DNA from: an uncultured Actinomycetes bacterium
GTDB lineage: Bacteria; Actinomycetota; Acidimicrobiia; IMCC26256; JACDBD01
Direction: 5' to 3'
DNA length: 64,000 nt
Assembly: GCA_963747195.1 (NCBI GenBank)
Contig: CAVVDV010000005.1
Location: 601,704 to 665,703, forward strand
Positions within the stretch are counted from its first letter, which is position 1. Every line of letters starts with the position of its first letter. Below are positions 45,673 through 54,685 of this stretch, in pieces. The position numbers and the translations under genes were made by a program. The notes beneath the pieces are model-generated. The model ran no database searches and was not told where the DNA came from. It worked only from the letters and a program-made list of their open reading frames with translations.

Positions 45673-46665
45673 ATCTCCTCCACCTCATCGCCGTCCCGCG
45701 TCGACGTCCACCTCGGTCCCGACGACCTCGCCGCCGCGTTGCGGGCCGACGCGCGCGCCGGCCTCACCGCGAGCCCGAAGGTCCTCCCGCCGAAGTGGTT
45801 CTACGACGAGGAGGGTTGCCGCCTCTTCGACGAGATCACGCGGCTGCCGGAGTACTACCCGACCCGCACCGAGCGGACGATCCTCGCCGAGCACGCCGGC
45901 GACATCGCGACGCGCACGTCCGCCGACACGCTCGTCGAGCTGGGCTCGGGCACGTCGGAGAAGACGCGGCTGCTGCTGGACGCGCTCTCGGCGCATGGAT
46001 CCCTTCGGCGCTTCGTCCCGTTCGACGTGAGCGAGCCGACCCTGCGCTACGCGGCCCGCGCGATCGAAGGCGAGTACCCCGGCGTCGACGTGCACGCCGT
46101 CGTGGGCGACTTCGAGCGCCACCTCGACCGGATCCCGGCCGGCGGTACGCGCCTCGTGGCATTCCTCGGCAGCACGATCGGGAACCTCGACCCGGCCGGG
46201 CGGGCGCACTTCTACCGGAGCCTCGCCGCCGGGCTCGCGCCGGACGACACGCTCCTCCTCGGAACCGACCTCGTGAAGGACCCCGAGCGCCTGGTGGCCG
46301 CGTACGACGACGCCGCCGGTGTGACGGCGGCGTTCAACCGCAACGTCCTCTCCGTGCTGAACCGTGAGCTCGACGCCGACTTCGCGCCGGAACGCTTCGA
46401 GCACGTCGCGCGGTGGAACCCGGAGCAAGAGTGGATCGAAATGCGCCTACGGTCCCAAGGCGCACAAACGGTGCGCGTGCACGAGCTCGACCTGCAGGTC
46501 GAGTTCGCGGACGGCGAGGAGATGCGAACCGAGATCAGCGCCAAGTTCCGCCGCGAACGGGTCGAGGCGGAGCTGGCCGCCGCCGGTCTCGCCCTCGCGG
46601 CCTGGTGGACCGATCCCGGCGGCGACTTCGCGCTGTCCCTGTCGACGCCGTCCGGCGCGAGCTGA
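45673..46665 (+). CDS. egtD: L-histidine N-alpha-methyltransferase; start uncertain
   Basis: [46 protein letters not shown]. Confidence 0.95.
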   Translation: MSSTSSPSRVDVHLGPDDLAAALRADARAGLTASPKVLPPKWFYDEEGCRLFDEITRLPEYYPTRTERTILAEHAGDIATRTSADTLVELGSGTSEKTRLLLDALSAHGSLRRFVPFDVSEPTLRYAARAIEGEYPGVDVHAVVGDFERHLDRIPAGGTRLVAFLGSTIGNLDPAGRAHFYRSLAAGLAPDDTLLLGTDLVKDPERLVAAYDDAAGVTAAFNRNVLSVLNRELDADFAPERFEHVARWNPEQEWIEMRLRSQGAQTVRVHELDLQVEFADGEEMRTEISAKFRRERVEAELAAAGLALAAWWTDPGGDFALSLSTPSGAS

Positions 46666-46826
46666 CACACGCGTCAGCCCACGAGCCCGAAGCTCGACGC
46701 CGAACCGGGCAATGAGCGTCCGATTCCCAAGGCGTAACTTCCGCTAGCGTCTGCGTGTCTACAAATCCGTAGCGGCTGGTATTTGAAGGTGTCGGGCAGG
46801 ACGACCTCCGTCCTCGCCCGGTCGCG

Positions 46827-47759
46827 GTGAGGACGGATCTCTTGGGCGACGTTCGCCTAGGCATCGTGTCGGTCAAAACTCTCGACGAGCGCACGCGCGA
46901 CACGATCGCGGCCGCGGCCGCGGCCGGCCTCGACCATGTCGGCAGCATCGACCACGTTGCCTTCCGCGGTGGTGACGGCATCGACGGCTTGATCACCGCC
47001 GCGTCGCTCGCCGGCATCCATCCCAGCATCGGCGTGTACGTCGGTGTCTATCAACTGCCGCTGCGGCACCCGGTGCTCGTTGCGCGCCAGTTGTCGACGC
47101 TCGCGCACTTCGCGCCCGGCCGGCTCACGTTCGGAATCGGCGTCGCAGGCGAGGACCCGCGCGAATTCGAGAGCTGCGGTGTCGACGTGCGCACTCGGGG
47201 ACGCCGCACCGACGAGTCGCTCGCGTTGCTGCGCCGCCTCCTGACAGGAGAATCGGTCAGCTTCGACGGCGAGTTCTTCCAGTTGCAGGACACGCGCATC
47301 CTGCCCGTTCCTCACCCGCCGATCCCCTTGATCGTCGGCGGCCGTTCCGACGCCTCGATGCGACGGGCCGGGACGCTCGGCGACGGCTGGATCGGAGCGT
47401 TCAGCTCGGCGACCCGATTCGGCGACGCGGTCACGCTCGTCGCCGAGCACGCCGACCGCGCCGGTCGCGGCTCGGTCGGATGGCAGCACGCCATGGAGAT
47501 CTGGTGCGGCTTCGACACGAACGTCGAAGCCGCCCGCACACGCCTGGCGGAGACGATGCAGCGGTTCTACGGGTTGCCGTACGAATCGTTCGAGCGGTAC
47601 TGCCCGGCCGGCAGGCCCGAGCACGTGAGCGAGCACCTGGCTCCGTACCTCGAGGCCGGGTGCCAGACCTTCAATCTGATACCGATCGCGGCATCCGTCG
47701 ATGAAGCCATCGAGGGGGCCGTGCAGGTGAAGCAATCGCTCCTCGGCAGCAGCGCGTGA
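46827..47759 (+). CDS. LLM-class (luciferase-like) flavin/F420-dependent oxidoreductase
   Basis: IDHVAF, LPLRHPVLVARQLSTL, GRLTFGIGVAGE...EF, PLIVGGRS, GDGW. Confidence 0.88.
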   Translation: MRTDLLGDVRLGIVSVKTLDERTRDTIAAAAAAGLDHVGSIDHVAFRGGDGIDGLITAASLAGIHPSIGVYVGVYQLPLRHPVLVARQLSTLAHFAPGRLTFGIGVAGEDPREFESCGVDVRTRGRRTDESLALLRRLLTGESVSFDGEFFQLQDTRILPVPHPPIPLIVGGRSDASMRRAGTLGDGWIGAFSSATRFGDAVTLVAEHADRAGRGSVGWQHAMEIWCGFDTNVEAARTRLAETMQRFYGLPYESFERYCPAGRPEHVSEHLAPYLEAGCQTFNLIPIAASVDEAIEGAVQVKQSLLGSSA

Positions 47760-47782
47760 GCACGAACCCCCAAAGGAAGACC

Positions 47783-48776
47783 ATGGCAACTCGCATGACA
47801 CCGTTCCGTTTCGCCGGGTGGGGGTCAGATGTCCCTCCCACGGTCATGGACAACGCGCTGCTCGAGCAGCACTTCGGCGTCGACGAGGGATGGATCCTCG
47901 AGAAGACCGGCATCCGCGAGCGACGCATCGCAGCGCCAGCACGAATCGACGGCGACGCTGGCGACGAACGCGGCTCGAGTTGCCCTGGAGAAGGCGCAAC
48001 TCTCTCCCCGCGACATCGACGTCATGGCGCTCGCGACCACGACTCCGGAGCAGCCCATCCCCCACACGGCTGCGTTCGTCGGGGGAGAGCTCGACATGAC
48101 CTGCGCGTCGTTCGACCTCAACACGGCGTGCTCGGGATTCGTCTACGGCTTGGTGATGACCGGTGCGCTGCTCAACTCGGGGCCGTTCGACAAGGCACTG
48201 CTCATCGGGGCCGAGACGTTCTCCCGGGTCCTCAACCCCGATGACCGCGCCACCTCGGTCATCTTCGGTGACGGTGCCGGCGCGGTCGTCGTGACCCGCG
48301 ACGCCGACGTCGACAGTGGCCTCCTCGCGTCCGACCTGGGCTGCGAAGGCGCGCTCACGGATCTTGTCGGCATCCGCGCCGGCGGGAGCCGCCAGCCGTC
48401 GACCCAGGAGTCGGTCGCGCAACGCGAGACCACATTGCACATGCAAGGTCGGGCGATCTTCGAGTTCGCCGTGCGCACGCTCGTCCAGTCCATCGACGCC
48501 ACGCTGGCGCGGGCGTCCGTCAACCTGGACGACGTCGATTGGTTCGTGCCGCACCAGGCCAACCTCCGCATCATCGAGGCCGCCGGTGACAAGCTCGGAC
48601 TCGACCCCGAAAAGGTCGTCCTGAACATCGACCGCCTCGGGAACACCGCGGCCGCGTCGATCCCGATCGGCCTCGCCGAGGCGGCCGAGGACGGCCGGCT
48701 GCGACGCGGCGACCTGGTCCTCCTGTCGAGCGTCGGCGCCGGTATGACCTGGGGCTCCGCGCTCATCCGCTGGTAG
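47783..48776 (+). CDS. Beta-ketoacyl-ACP synthase III (FabH-like; one frameshift near 47935)
   Basis: KTGIRERRIA, DLNTACSGFVY (Cys), FGDGAGA, VPHQANLRI (His), GNTAAASIP (Asn), GAGMTW. Confidence 0.92.
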
Positions 48777-48795
48777 CCGACCCGGGAGCCGGGCC

Positions 48796-50169
48796 ATGGC
48801 CACAGAGGCCCGCACAGAGCGGCCCACGGGAGAGCGGCAACGGGTCGTCTGGTGGGCGCACGTCGCCCGCGGGTCGGCGGCGATCGTCGTGCTCTTCGCG
48901 CGGTTCATGTTCGAGTTCCGCGAGCAGAAGACGCTCGTCAAGGTCTTCACGTTCGCGACGCCGATCCCGCTCGGCGACCTGCCGGCGACGTTCGCGTACG
49001 AGGCGTACAAGTGGCCGCGCGATCACCTCTCGATCGACCCGGGAACGGCTGCCGTCGGCATGTTCTTCATGCTGAGCGGCTTCGTGATCCCGTTCGCCCT
49101 CGAACGACGGACGATGTCCGCCTTCGGGATCCGTCGGCTACTGCGCGTGTACCCGACGTTGTGGGTCGCAACCGCGCTCTCGCTCCTCGCAATCTGGATC
49201 ACGACCCACGGGAGCCCGTTCCCGGTGGAGCGCGCCCAGGTCATCACGAGCGGCACGCTCGTCTCGCAGTACGCGGGCAAGAACTGGATCGACCCGAGCT
49301 ACTGGACCATCCCGATCGAGGAGCTCTTCTACTTGTGCGCGGCCATTCTCGCCGCCACCCGATTGCTGCGACGGCCGGCGGTGCTCATGGCCACGGCGAC
49401 GATCGTGGCGTCGGTCGGTCTGTTGCTCGGTCGCGTCCTCCCGGATCCGGGCGGGGCACCCGACGTGACCTTCTGGATGCGCTTCTGGGTCGGGCGCAAC
49501 CTCTGCTTCATGACGTTCATCTGGGTCGGCGTCGCGCTCCACATGCTGTACCGGGGCTTTTGGAAGCGAGGCACCTTCATCGCGGTGGCTTCGTACGTGT
49601 GCCTCGTCTTCTTCTTCGCGTTGCATCACGGGCCGTTCCAGCACCCGTACCTGCCCGACGACCAGGCAACGACGTTCTTCAACTCGTTCATGGTCGGCCT
49701 CGGGATCTTCCTGATCCTGTACGTGATCGGCGACCGGATCCCGAAGAACCGACCCATGCAGACGCTCGGCGACATGAGCTACCCCGTGTACCTCACGGTC
49801 ACCGTGATCGGCTGGACCGTGCTCATCTGGCTGACCAACGCCCTCGGGTACCTCTGGGCCCTGCCGTTCGCGGCTGCCGCGACGCTGCTGATCGCGTTCC
49901 TCCTGCACAAGCTGGTCGAGAAGCCCACCTACGCGCTGGCTCAACGCATCACGGCGAAGCCGCGATTCCGCTCGACGAGCTCCTGGTCGGACCCGGCGCG
50001 CCCGCGCCGGCGACGCCGGGAGCCCGGCGCCCCCGGGGCTGTACCCGCTGAGCCCCCCGTGCCCGCGCCGGCGCCGGCGCCGGTCGGTGTCACCCTCCCG
50101 ACGTCGGACGGGAACGGGCAGACGCCCGACGGGACGGTCGGCGCCGCCGAGCCCGAGCCCACGACCTGA
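48796..50169 (+). CDS. Acyltransferase-3 (AT3) family membrane protein without fused SGNH domain
   Basis: RGSAAIVV, FFMLSGFVI, RRLLRVYP, YWTIPIEELFY, GDMSYPVYL, LVEKP. Confidence 0.88.
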   Translation: MATEARTERPTGERQRVVWWAHVARGSAAIVVLFARFMFEFREQKTLVKVFTFATPIPLGDLPATFAYEAYKWPRDHLSIDPGTAAVGMFFMLSGFVIPFALERRTMSAFGIRRLLRVYPTLWVATALSLLAIWITTHGSPFPVERAQVITSGTLVSQYAGKNWIDPSYWTIPIEELFYLCAAILAATRLLRRPAVLMATATIVASVGLLLGRVLPDPGGAPDVTFWMRFWVGRNLCFMTFIWVGVALHMLYRGFWKRGTFIAVASYVCLVFFFALHHGPFQHPYLPDDQATTFFNSFMVGLGIFLILYVIGDRIPKNRPMQTLGDMSYPVYLTVTVIGWTVLIWLTNALGYLWALPFAAAATLLIAFLLHKLVEKPTYALAQRITAKPRFRSTSSWSDPARPRRRRREPGAPGAVPAEPPVPAPAPAPVGVTLPTSDGNGQTPDGTVGAAEPEPTT

Positions 50170-50171
50170 GC

Positions 50172-50202
50172 ATTTCCACTACGTCCGTAGTGTTATTACA
50201 AT
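50172..50202 (+). promoter_or_regulatory. Operator-like site ATTTCCACTACGTCCGTAGTG with TACAAT -10; probably leaderless sufC transcript
   Basis: Palindrome CACTACG-tc-CGTAGTG; TACAAT at 50197-50202, 7 nt before the ATG; motif recurs at 62203. Confidence 0.6.
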
Positions 50203-50209
50203 CGCGTCC

Positions 50210-51008
50210 ATGGCCGCCGGTTCCGACCCTGCATCCACTGACGCCGCCACGGCTCGCCTCGAGATCGACGACCTCCACGTCGCGGTCGAGGGCACCGAGA
50301 TCCTCCGGGGCGTCTCGCTCGCCGTGCCCGCCGGGCGAGCTCCACGCGCTCATGGGCCCGAACGGATCGGGCAAGTCGACGCTGGCGGCGACGCTCCTCG
50401 GCAACCCCGCCTACGAGGTGACGGCGGGCCGGATCCGGTTCGAGGGCGAGGACATCACCGGCCTGTCGACCAACGAGCGCGCCGGCCGGGGGCTGTTCCT
50501 CGGGTTCCAGCATCCCGAGGAGATCCCCGGGGTGAGCGTGCTGAACTTCCTGCGCCAGGCGCTGTCGGCCCGGAAGGGCATCGACGACTTCTCGGTGCTC
50601 GAGGTCCGCATGGCCGTCATCGAGTGGGCCGGCCGGCTGGGCATGGACACACGGTTCATCGACCGGTACCTCAACGAGGGATTCTCCGGCGGTGAGAAGA
50701 AGCGGAACGAGATCCTCCAGATGGCGCTGATGGAGCCCGACTTCGCCGTGCTCGACGAGACCGACTCCGGTCTCGACATCGACGCGCTCGGTGTCGTGGC
50801 CCGCGGCATCGAATCCGTCCGCGCCGCGCGACCGCAACTCGGGATCCTGCTCATCACGCACTACCGGCGGATCCTCGAGCACCTCACGCCCGACGCGGTC
50901 CACATCCTGCTCGGCGGGCGCATCGTCGCCTCCGGCGGCCGCGAGCTCGCCGACCGCCTCGAGGGCGAGGGGTTCGACGCCTTCCGCACCGCGGAGGTCG
51001 GCGGATGA
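50210..51008 (+). CDS. sufC: Fe-S cluster assembly ATPase, copy 1 (one frameshift)
   Basis: [52 protein letters not shown]. Confidence 0.95.
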
Positions 51009-52243
51009 CCGAGGTCCTCGACGTCAGCCGCGTCAAAGCCGACTTCCCGATCTTCGAGCGCAAGGTCAACGGCAAGCCGCTCGTGTACCTCGACTCGGCG
51101 TCGTCGTCCCAGAAGCCGCGCTCGGTGCTCGACGCCATGGAGCACCACCACCGCCACCACTACGCGAACGTGCACCGCGGCATCTACACGATCGCCGAGG
51201 AGTCGACCGCCGCCTACGAGGGCGCCCGCGCCAAGGTGGCCAAGCTGCTCAACGCGCGCGCCACGGGCGAGATCGTGTTCACGAAGAACATCACCGAGGC
51301 GATGAACCTCGTCGCGTACTCGTGGGCCCGAAAGAACCTCGGGCCGGGCGATCCGGTGGTGATCACCGAGATGGAGCACCACGCCAACATCGTGCCGTGG
51401 CACATCCTCGTCGAGGAGCGCGGCGTCGAGCTGCGCTGGATCCCGATCACGGACGACTTCCAGCTCGACCTCACCGACCTCGACCGGCTGCTCGACGGCG
51501 CCAAGCTCCTGTCCGTCACGGCCATGTCGAACGTGCTCGGGACGCTGAACGACATCCGGTTCCTGTCCGACGCAGCCCACGCCGCCGGCGCGCTCGTGAA
51601 CGTGGACGCCGCCCAGGCCGTCCCCCACCTGCCGGTCGACGTGCAGGCGTGGGACGCCGACTTCGTCGGCTTCACCGGCCACAAGATGCTCGGCCCGACC
51701 GGTCTCGGCGGCCTGTGGGCCCGGGCCGAGCTGCTCGACGCGATGCCGCCGTTCCTCGGCGGCGGCGAGATGATCACCGACGTGCGCTTCGACGGCTTCG
51801 AGCCCAACGAGGTGCCGTGGAAGTTCGAGGCCGGGACCATGCCGTTCGTCGAGGCCAGCGGGCTCGCCGCCGCCATCGACTACCTGTCGGCGCTCGGAAT
51901 GGACGCCGTCCGCGCCCACGAGAAGCAGCTGACCGAGTACACGCTCCGGGCGCTCGAGGAGCGCTTCGAGGACCGCCTGCACATCCACGGCCCCCGCGAC
52001 GTCGATCAGCGCGGCGGCGCCATCTCGTTCCTGTTCGACCGCATTCACGCCCACGACGTCGCCCAGGTGCTCGACGAGGACGGCGTGTGCGTGCGGGCGT
52101 CACACCACTGTGCAAAGCCTCTGATGCGGGTGCTCGGTGTGCCCGCCACCACCCGCGCCTCGCTCTACGTGTACAACGACGAGAGTGACGCCGACGCACT
52201 CGTCGAGTCGTTGGCCAAGGCCGAGAAGTTCTTCGCCATCTAG
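51005..52243 (+). CDS. sufS: Cysteine desulfurase, SufS family
   Basis: YLDSASSSQKP, EMEHHANIVPW, FTGHKMLGPTG, RASHHCAKP. Confidence 0.96.
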   Translation: MTEVLDVSRVKADFPIFERKVNGKPLVYLDSASSSQKPRSVLDAMEHHHRHHYANVHRGIYTIAEESTAAYEGARAKVAKLLNARATGEIVFTKNITEAMNLVAYSWARKNLGPGDPVVITEMEHHANIVPWHILVEERGVELRWIPITDDFQLDLTDLDRLLDGAKLLSVTAMSNVLGTLNDIRFLSDAAHAAGALVNVDAAQAVPHLPVDVQAWDADFVGFTGHKMLGPTGLGGLWARAELLDAMPPFLGGGEMITDVRFDGFEPNEVPWKFEAGTMPFVEASGLAAAIDYLSALGMDAVRAHEKQLTEYTLRALEERFEDRLHIHGPRDVDQRGGAISFLFDRIHAHDVAQVLDEDGVCVRASHHCAKPLMRVLGVPATTRASLYVYNDESDADALVESLAKAEKFFAI

Positions 52244-52258
52244 AACGGAGTCCCCCTG

Positions 52259-52750
52259 ATGCCCGGCCTCGAAGACCTCTACCGCGAGATCATCCTCGAC
52301 CACTACCGCTCGCCCCGGAACCGCGGCGAGCTCCCGGTCCCCCCGGCCACCAAGGCCGAGGGCTTCAACCCGCTGTGCGGCGACGAGGTCGTCCTCTACC
52401 TCGACATCGATCCCGACACCGAGACCGTCCGCGACGTCAAGATCGACGGGCAGGGCTGCTCGATCAGTCAGGCGTCGACGTCGATGATGAGCTCGGCCGT
52501 GAAGGGGAAGCCGGTCGACGAGGCCCGCAAGCTCATCCGCGCGTTCAAGGCGCTGATGTCCATCCACGAGTCGAAGCTCGAGGGCGAGAGCGACGGCTCC
52601 GACCTCACGGCCGAGCTCGAGGGCGCGCGCCTCGGTGACCTCGAAGCGCTGCAGGGCGTGGTCAAGTTCCCGGTGCGCATCAAGTGCGCCACCCTCGCCT
52701 GGAACACCCTCCAGCAAGGCCTCGACGAACGCGAGTCGGTCGACGCGTAA
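52259..52750 (+). CDS. sufU: SUF system NifU-family protein
   Basis: LYREIILDHY, NPLCGD, GCSISQAS, RIKCATLAW. Confidence 0.95.
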   Translation: MPGLEDLYREIILDHYRSPRNRGELPVPPATKAEGFNPLCGDEVVLYLDIDPDTETVRDVKIDGQGCSISQASTSMMSSAVKGKPVDEARKLIRAFKALMSIHESKLEGESDGSDLTAELEGARLGDLEALQGVVKFPVRIKCATLAWNTLQQGLDERESVDA

Positions 52751-52840
52751 CCCTCGGTCCGCGGACGCGTTGGGTCGGAAACCGGCGCTCGGCGCGGGGT
52801 TTGAGACCCACCGGATCGGGGCCGTGCTGACCCGACCGGG

Positions 52841-53314
52841 TCAGGCGTTGCGGCTGTTTCAGCCGGGGCGGAACGGAGGGAGACCGTCGCCCTCCTCGGA
52901 GACGGCGGCACCGCCGGCTGCCTCGGCGAACCGGTTCCATTCGGCTCGGTCCCAGGACACCACCGCGTCGCGGACGGTGCCGTCCTCGTCGACGCGGAAC
53001 AACGTCGGGACGGTGTCGATGCCGAACGCATCGGACGCGGGATACGGAGCGGTCTCGCTCAGGGTGGTGACCTTCTGCCCGTGCCGCTCGGCGTACGACT
53101 GGATCTCGGGCGGCGCGTCCTCGCCCACCGCGACGACGCGCACCCCGGCTTCGGCCAGCGCCTGCACCTTGGGCGCGGCCATCTGGCAGACGGGGCACGT
53201 GGTCTTGAAGAAGGCCAGAACGACGGGGCCCTCCCGCCACGGGTCGGTGACGGATTCGCCGGTTGCCGCGTCGGGTAGCTGCAGCGAAGGAACGCGATCC
53301 CCGAGGGCGAGCAT
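52841..53314 (-). CDS. TlpA/AhpC-TSA-like thioredoxin-fold protein; probable selenoprotein (UGA at 52861-52859 read as Sec, stop at 52843-52841)
   Basis: FFKTTCPVCQ (CxxC), DTVPTLF cis-Pro loop, C-terminus LPPFRPG-TGA-NSRNA-TGA followed by hairpin TGACCC-GGTC-GGGTCA. Confidence 0.8.
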
Positions 53315-53455
53315 CGTCTTCAGGCTATTCGGGGGGAACGCCCCCGATGACCAGGGGTGACGTCGTTCACACCCTGGATATAAAGGTGACACGGGCATGG
53401 AACGTTGACCGACTACGTTGACTACACGGACGGCCGATTGGGAAGGGGCTGAGAC

Positions 53456-53635
53456 ATGAGCCAGGCGCTGGTGACGATGATCGACTCGGCACTCGAGCAG
53501 TACCGGAGCCGCGACCTCGTCTCGGCGGCCGAGGTGGTCGACTTCCTACTCGACCTGCGTCTTGCCGCGATCAACCCCGACGCAGATCCCCTCGAGCAGC
53601 TGCTCGAGCAGGAGTCCACGCACGCCGGGAACTGA
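53456..53635 (+). CDS. Hypothetical 59-aa acidic protein
   Basis: Purine-rich GGAAGGGG upstream; MSQALVTMIDSALEQYRSRDLVSAAEVVDFLLDLRLAAINPDADPLEQLLEQESTHAGN; high GC3. Confidence 0.7.
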   Translation: MSQALVTMIDSALEQYRSRDLVSAAEVVDFLLDLRLAAINPDADPLEQLLEQESTHAGN

Positions 53636-53696
53636 GCTCCGCGGGGTCGGGGGCGGCATCCGCCGCCTGTGCCCTGTTCGGTAGTCTGCGGACCCC

Positions 53697-54524
53697 ATGG
53701 CAGCTCCTCCGAGTTCGGACCGTTCTGCGCGCCGTGTGCACCGCACCCGCGTACGGGCTGCGATCGCCGCCGGCGTGGTTGCCGCGCTCGCCGTCGGCGG
53801 CATAGCCGGGTGGGCGCTCCTGCGCGACGACGCCAAGGCCGCCGCGCCCAAGAAGCGGGCGGCTGCCCCCAGCACGACGACGGCCACGACGGCCACCACC
53901 GCCCCCAAGCCGGTGGCCGCGGTCACGGCGACGCAGAAGGTCCCCGAGCTCACGGCCTACCAGGACGCGGTCGAGACCTCCGCGGCCGTCACCAAGCTGT
54001 CGGCCAAGACCGAGTACGGCCTCCCGCGCACGTTCCTCGTCACCGACCAGAATTCCCACCCGGGTTGGCTCGACGTGCTGCTCCCGATCCGGCCCAACGG
54101 CGCGAGCGGCTGGATCAAGGCGAGCGACGTCACCCTCGGGCAGAGTGACTACGAGATCAGGATCGAGCTCGGTGCGCACAAGCTCACGCTGCTGAAACTC
54201 GGCCAGCCCGTCCTCGACTCCGGCGTCGTGATCGGCGCCGACAAGACCCCGACCCCGGTGGGCAAGTTCTACGTCACCGATCCACTCGACCTGCACAGCC
54301 AGCCGAACGCGGGCTACGGCGTGTTCGCCCTCGGCATCTCCGGCTACTCCGACGTGCTGACGTCGTTCAAGGGCGGCCCGGGCCAGATTGCCGTGCACGG
54401 CACGAGCAACCCGGGTCAGGTCGGCCAGAACATCTCGAACGGCTGCGTCCGCGTCCCGAACGACATCATCGAGCAGATCGCGGCCCAGGCGCCGCTCGGC
54501 ACCCCCGTCACCATCCTCGCCTAG
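53697..54524 (+). CDS. L,D-transpeptidase (YkuD family) with N-terminal membrane anchor
   Basis: LPIRPNGASGWI, TPTPVGKFYV, IAVHGT...ISNGCVRV. Confidence 0.9.
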   Translation: MAAPPSSDRSARRVHRTRVRAAIAAGVVAALAVGGIAGWALLRDDAKAAAPKKRAAAPSTTTATTATTAPKPVAAVTATQKVPELTAYQDAVETSAAVTKLSAKTEYGLPRTFLVTDQNSHPGWLDVLLPIRPNGASGWIKASDVTLGQSDYEIRIELGAHKLTLLKLGQPVLDSGVVIGADKTPTPVGKFYVTDPLDLHSQPNAGYGVFALGISGYSDVLTSFKGGPGQIAVHGTSNPGQVGQNISNGCVRVPNDIIEQIAAQAPLGTPVTILA

Positions 54525-54528
54525 CGGC

Positions 54529-54685
54529 TCAGAAGTCCACGAAGTCGTCGAAGCGTCGGGTGTAGTGCTTCCCCCTCGGACGGGCTCGCGGCGACCGGGA
54601 AGAGGGTGTGCGTCGTCCCGTCGGAACGCGCCACAGCAGTCCCATCGCGAACGAGACGGTCGATCACCCGCCGCACCGTTGTCAC
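54529..54685 (-). pseudogene. Probable internally deleted gene remnant (methyltransferase-like N- and C-termini)
   Basis: GTG overlaps the hydrolase stop: MTTVRRVIDRLVRDGTAVARSDGTTHTLFPVAASPSEGEAL, joined out of frame to TRRFDDFVDF-stop; family assignment from recall. Confidence 0.45.

Noticed and set aside
42856-46665. 1269-aa ORF appearing to fuse EgtB and EgtD (Egt1-like)
   Set aside because: Artifact of one indel in egtB plus a stop-free GC-rich frame; egtB and egtC have their own stops and starts
42440-46665. Selenoneine (senABC) cluster, given the nearby selenoprotein candidate
   Set aside because: No SenB glycosyltransferase or SelD homolog is adjacent; egtA and egtC indicate the gamma-glutamylcysteine ergothioneine route
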